55,441 nucleotides of DNA, from IMG/VR virus record IMGVR_UViG_3300032327_000488, positions 1 to 55,441 of that record; one strand, written 5' to 3'. Each line of letters opens with the position of its first letter. Position 1 is the stretch's first letter. Positions 53,624-55,441 of the stretch are shown one piece after another. Both the position numbers and the translations under genes were made by a program. Source of the DNA: a virus. Its lineage: Duplodnaviria > Caudoviricetes. The notes beneath the pieces were generated by a model. That model did no database searches. It worked only from the letters and a program-made list of their open reading frames with translations, and was not told where the DNA came from.

Positions 53624-55168
53624 TCAGAAACGGAAAACACCCGAGTCATCAGATCCAGACTCACCCACAGGCAGCCAGCCAACATCAACGTTGTATTCCT
53701 CCGTCTTACGGTAAACAACACCATCAGGCTCACGCACAGGCGTCACCGGACGCAAATACGTAGGCCCATCCACAGACTTACCAACACCCACCGGGCCAGC
53801 CGTAGGAGCCATCCTCTGCGCAGCACGGTGCATAATCGCCGCAGCAGCCACATCATCAGGCAAATGCGACTTGTACGAAACTTGGGCCCCACCGTACACA
53901 TCATCAACACTGGCAGACCGGTGAGCATCATACAAAGGCGTGTTGATAGGCATCCGATACATGCCCTGCTCAAAGTCAGAAATGTATTCAGTGAGCAGTT
54001 TGGTGCGCTTCGTCCCCACCAGCTCAACCTTCAACGTTCTCTCATCCACCAGGTCGTGAACGACGTTGCCTAGCCCGGTCGCGTCGTGCGCTGACAGTGC
54101 TGAATACTTGTTTACCGCATCGTTGAACAAGCCGATCATTTCAGGCCACGGTCGCCGGTTGATACGCCGGTAGTACACGATCTCCCTCGGATTTACATCC
54201 ACACGACACACAATAATGACTGTCTTGTCGTTCATTTTCGCCCAGTCAGCACCAGCTGCGTAAACACCTGTCGGGTCAGGTTCCGCATACACCCACAAGT
54301 CATCACTACCACCATGACGCTCATCAATAACGTCTTGTTTGATGAAGAACTGGCGGACCTTCTCGAGGTCGAACGCGCGTGCGTCACCCGCTGGTTCACC
54401 CAGCTCATACTCAACTCGGAACATTTCGGCGGGGATGGATGCGCGTTTACGGTCAATGAACGTTCTTGGCATCCACCCGTTAGGTTCCATCACTTCACGG
54501 AAGCACCACGTGAAAACGGGCATGCCTTTGCGTCGGGCGTCGTCAATGACTTCTTGGAACGTCCCGATAGGGTTCTGCCACGTTGAGGACGCGACAACCA
54601 TTTCTGGTACGAGCACGCCACGTTTGTTGGGTTGGATGAGTGCTTGTCCCATGGCCGCGTTGTAAATCTTTTTCTCCATCTCGTCGATCTCGTCTAGGAG
54701 AGTCATGGAGGGGTGGGGGCCGCGGACTGTTTTTTGTGATGCTGGTAGTGGCCGGATCCAGTTGCCTGGGGTGAATTTGATTTCGGTTTGGATCATGGAC
54801 TGGATCATGTGCATGGGTGCGTTTGGTTTGTCCATCAACTTTTCGACGTGTTCGCGGACGTTGTTGGATTGGGCCATGGATCCGCCGAGGAGGGTGACGT
54901 CAATTTCGAGGAGTGCTGCTTTGACGAGTGCGAGGAGGGCGAGCATGTATGACTTACCTGTTCCTCGGGATCCGTACCATAGGGCCCAGTTGAATTCGTT
55001 GCCGAAGTAGGCGTCGCTGAATGCGTCGAAGGGTGCTGCGTGGTTTTCGCAGACTTTGACTTTGGGTAGTTCGATGTCGAAGAGTGCTTTGACTGTCCAC
55101 CAGAGTTCTTCGGGTGTTGTTGGTGGTCTGGTGAGTTGGATGTGGTTCACGGTTTGAGTGTAGGGCAT
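53624..55168 (-). CDS. terL: Terminase large subunit
   Basis: Walker A GSRGTGKS, Walker B LLDEID, VASST coupling motif, nuclease GADWAK..D, HDATGLG, HLPDD. Confidence 0.92.
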   Translation of the reverse strand: MPYTQTVNHIQLTRPPTTPEELWWTVKALFDIELPKVKVCENHAAPFDAFSDAYFGNEFNWALWYGSRGTGKSYMLALLALVKAALLEIDVTLLGGSMAQSNNVREHVEKLMDKPNAPMHMIQSMIQTEIKFTPGNWIRPLPASQKTVRGPHPSMTLLDEIDEMEKKIYNAAMGQALIQPNKRGVLVPEMVVASSTWQNPIGTFQEVIDDARRKGMPVFTWCFREVMEPNGWMPRTFIDRKRASIPAEMFRVEYELGEPAGDARAFDLEKVRQFFIKQDVIDERHGGSDDLWVYAEPDPTGVYAAGADWAKMNDKTVIIVCRVDVNPREIVYYRRINRRPWPEMIGLFNDAVNKYSALSAHDATGLGNVVHDLVDERTLKVELVGTKRTKLLTEYISDFEQGMYRMPINTPLYDAHRSASVDDVYGGAQVSYKSHLPDDVAAAAIMHRAAQRMAPTAGPVGVGKSVDGPTYLRPVTPVREPDGVVYRKTEEYNVDVGWLPVGESGSDDSGVFRF

Positions 55169-55441
55169 GGGAAAGCCCACAGTTGTTGGCTGTGGGCTTG
55201 TTTGTTTCGTGTTGTTTTCATAATTTTTTTGTATAACTGTTTTACAGGTTCACCATTAGTATGATGTCGGCGTCGCAGTTTGCTTTGGCCTCATCATAGT
55301 TCGTTTCCTTTAGAATCCTCTGGAGACTGTTCGGACGAACGATGATTCACCTGTAGTTTAGCATACGGTTCCAAATCGTGGAACCGTGATCGGCGTGTCG
55401 TTTTGATGTTTTGTTTTGATCATTGCGGGGTACTTGTATGC

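Noticed and set aside
1-55441. tRNA, rRNA, integrase, transposase, intron/intein or diversity-generating retroelement
   Set aside because: No cloverleaf, recombinase, reverse transcriptase, intein motif or adenine-specific repeat pair was seen by eye; not formally excluded without tools

Overview
The window is the virion/late region of a tailed dsDNA phage, probably a siphovirus. A WhiB gene, an M15 lysin and apparently leaderless starts point to an actinobacterial host. Nearly all genes are on the minus strand. From right to left they are: terminase large subunit, metallophosphoesterase, DUF935-like portal, a ~14 kb head-cargo block, XkdF/S78-type prohead protease, scaffold, DUF2190-like decoration protein, lambda-E-type major capsid, head-tail connectors, major tail (FN3), tail chaperones with a -1 frameshift, tape measure, several tailspike/glycosidase proteins, an inserted holin-lysin-RusA-WhiB-HTH island, an S74-chaperone tail fibre and minor tail genes. 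A hairpin terminator separates these from three convergent plus-strand genes. The most unusual part is the head region (33.2-51.7 kb). Several large ORFs there look like polyproteins of cassettes bounded by a recurring [VIL]-x-K|[ASGM] motif that also occurs in the protease and scaffold. The cassettes include cationic glycine-zipper peptides, ART-like, GNAT-like and degenerate JAB-like domains, and a shared (HP/VE)R-(D)xxG[KRV]F tag. One ORF appears to be fused to a CbbX/EccA-type AAA+ ATPase by a second -1 programmed frameshift. I infer a protease-processed, capsid-packaged effector system. All family calls come from reading motifs by eye; no database search was run.
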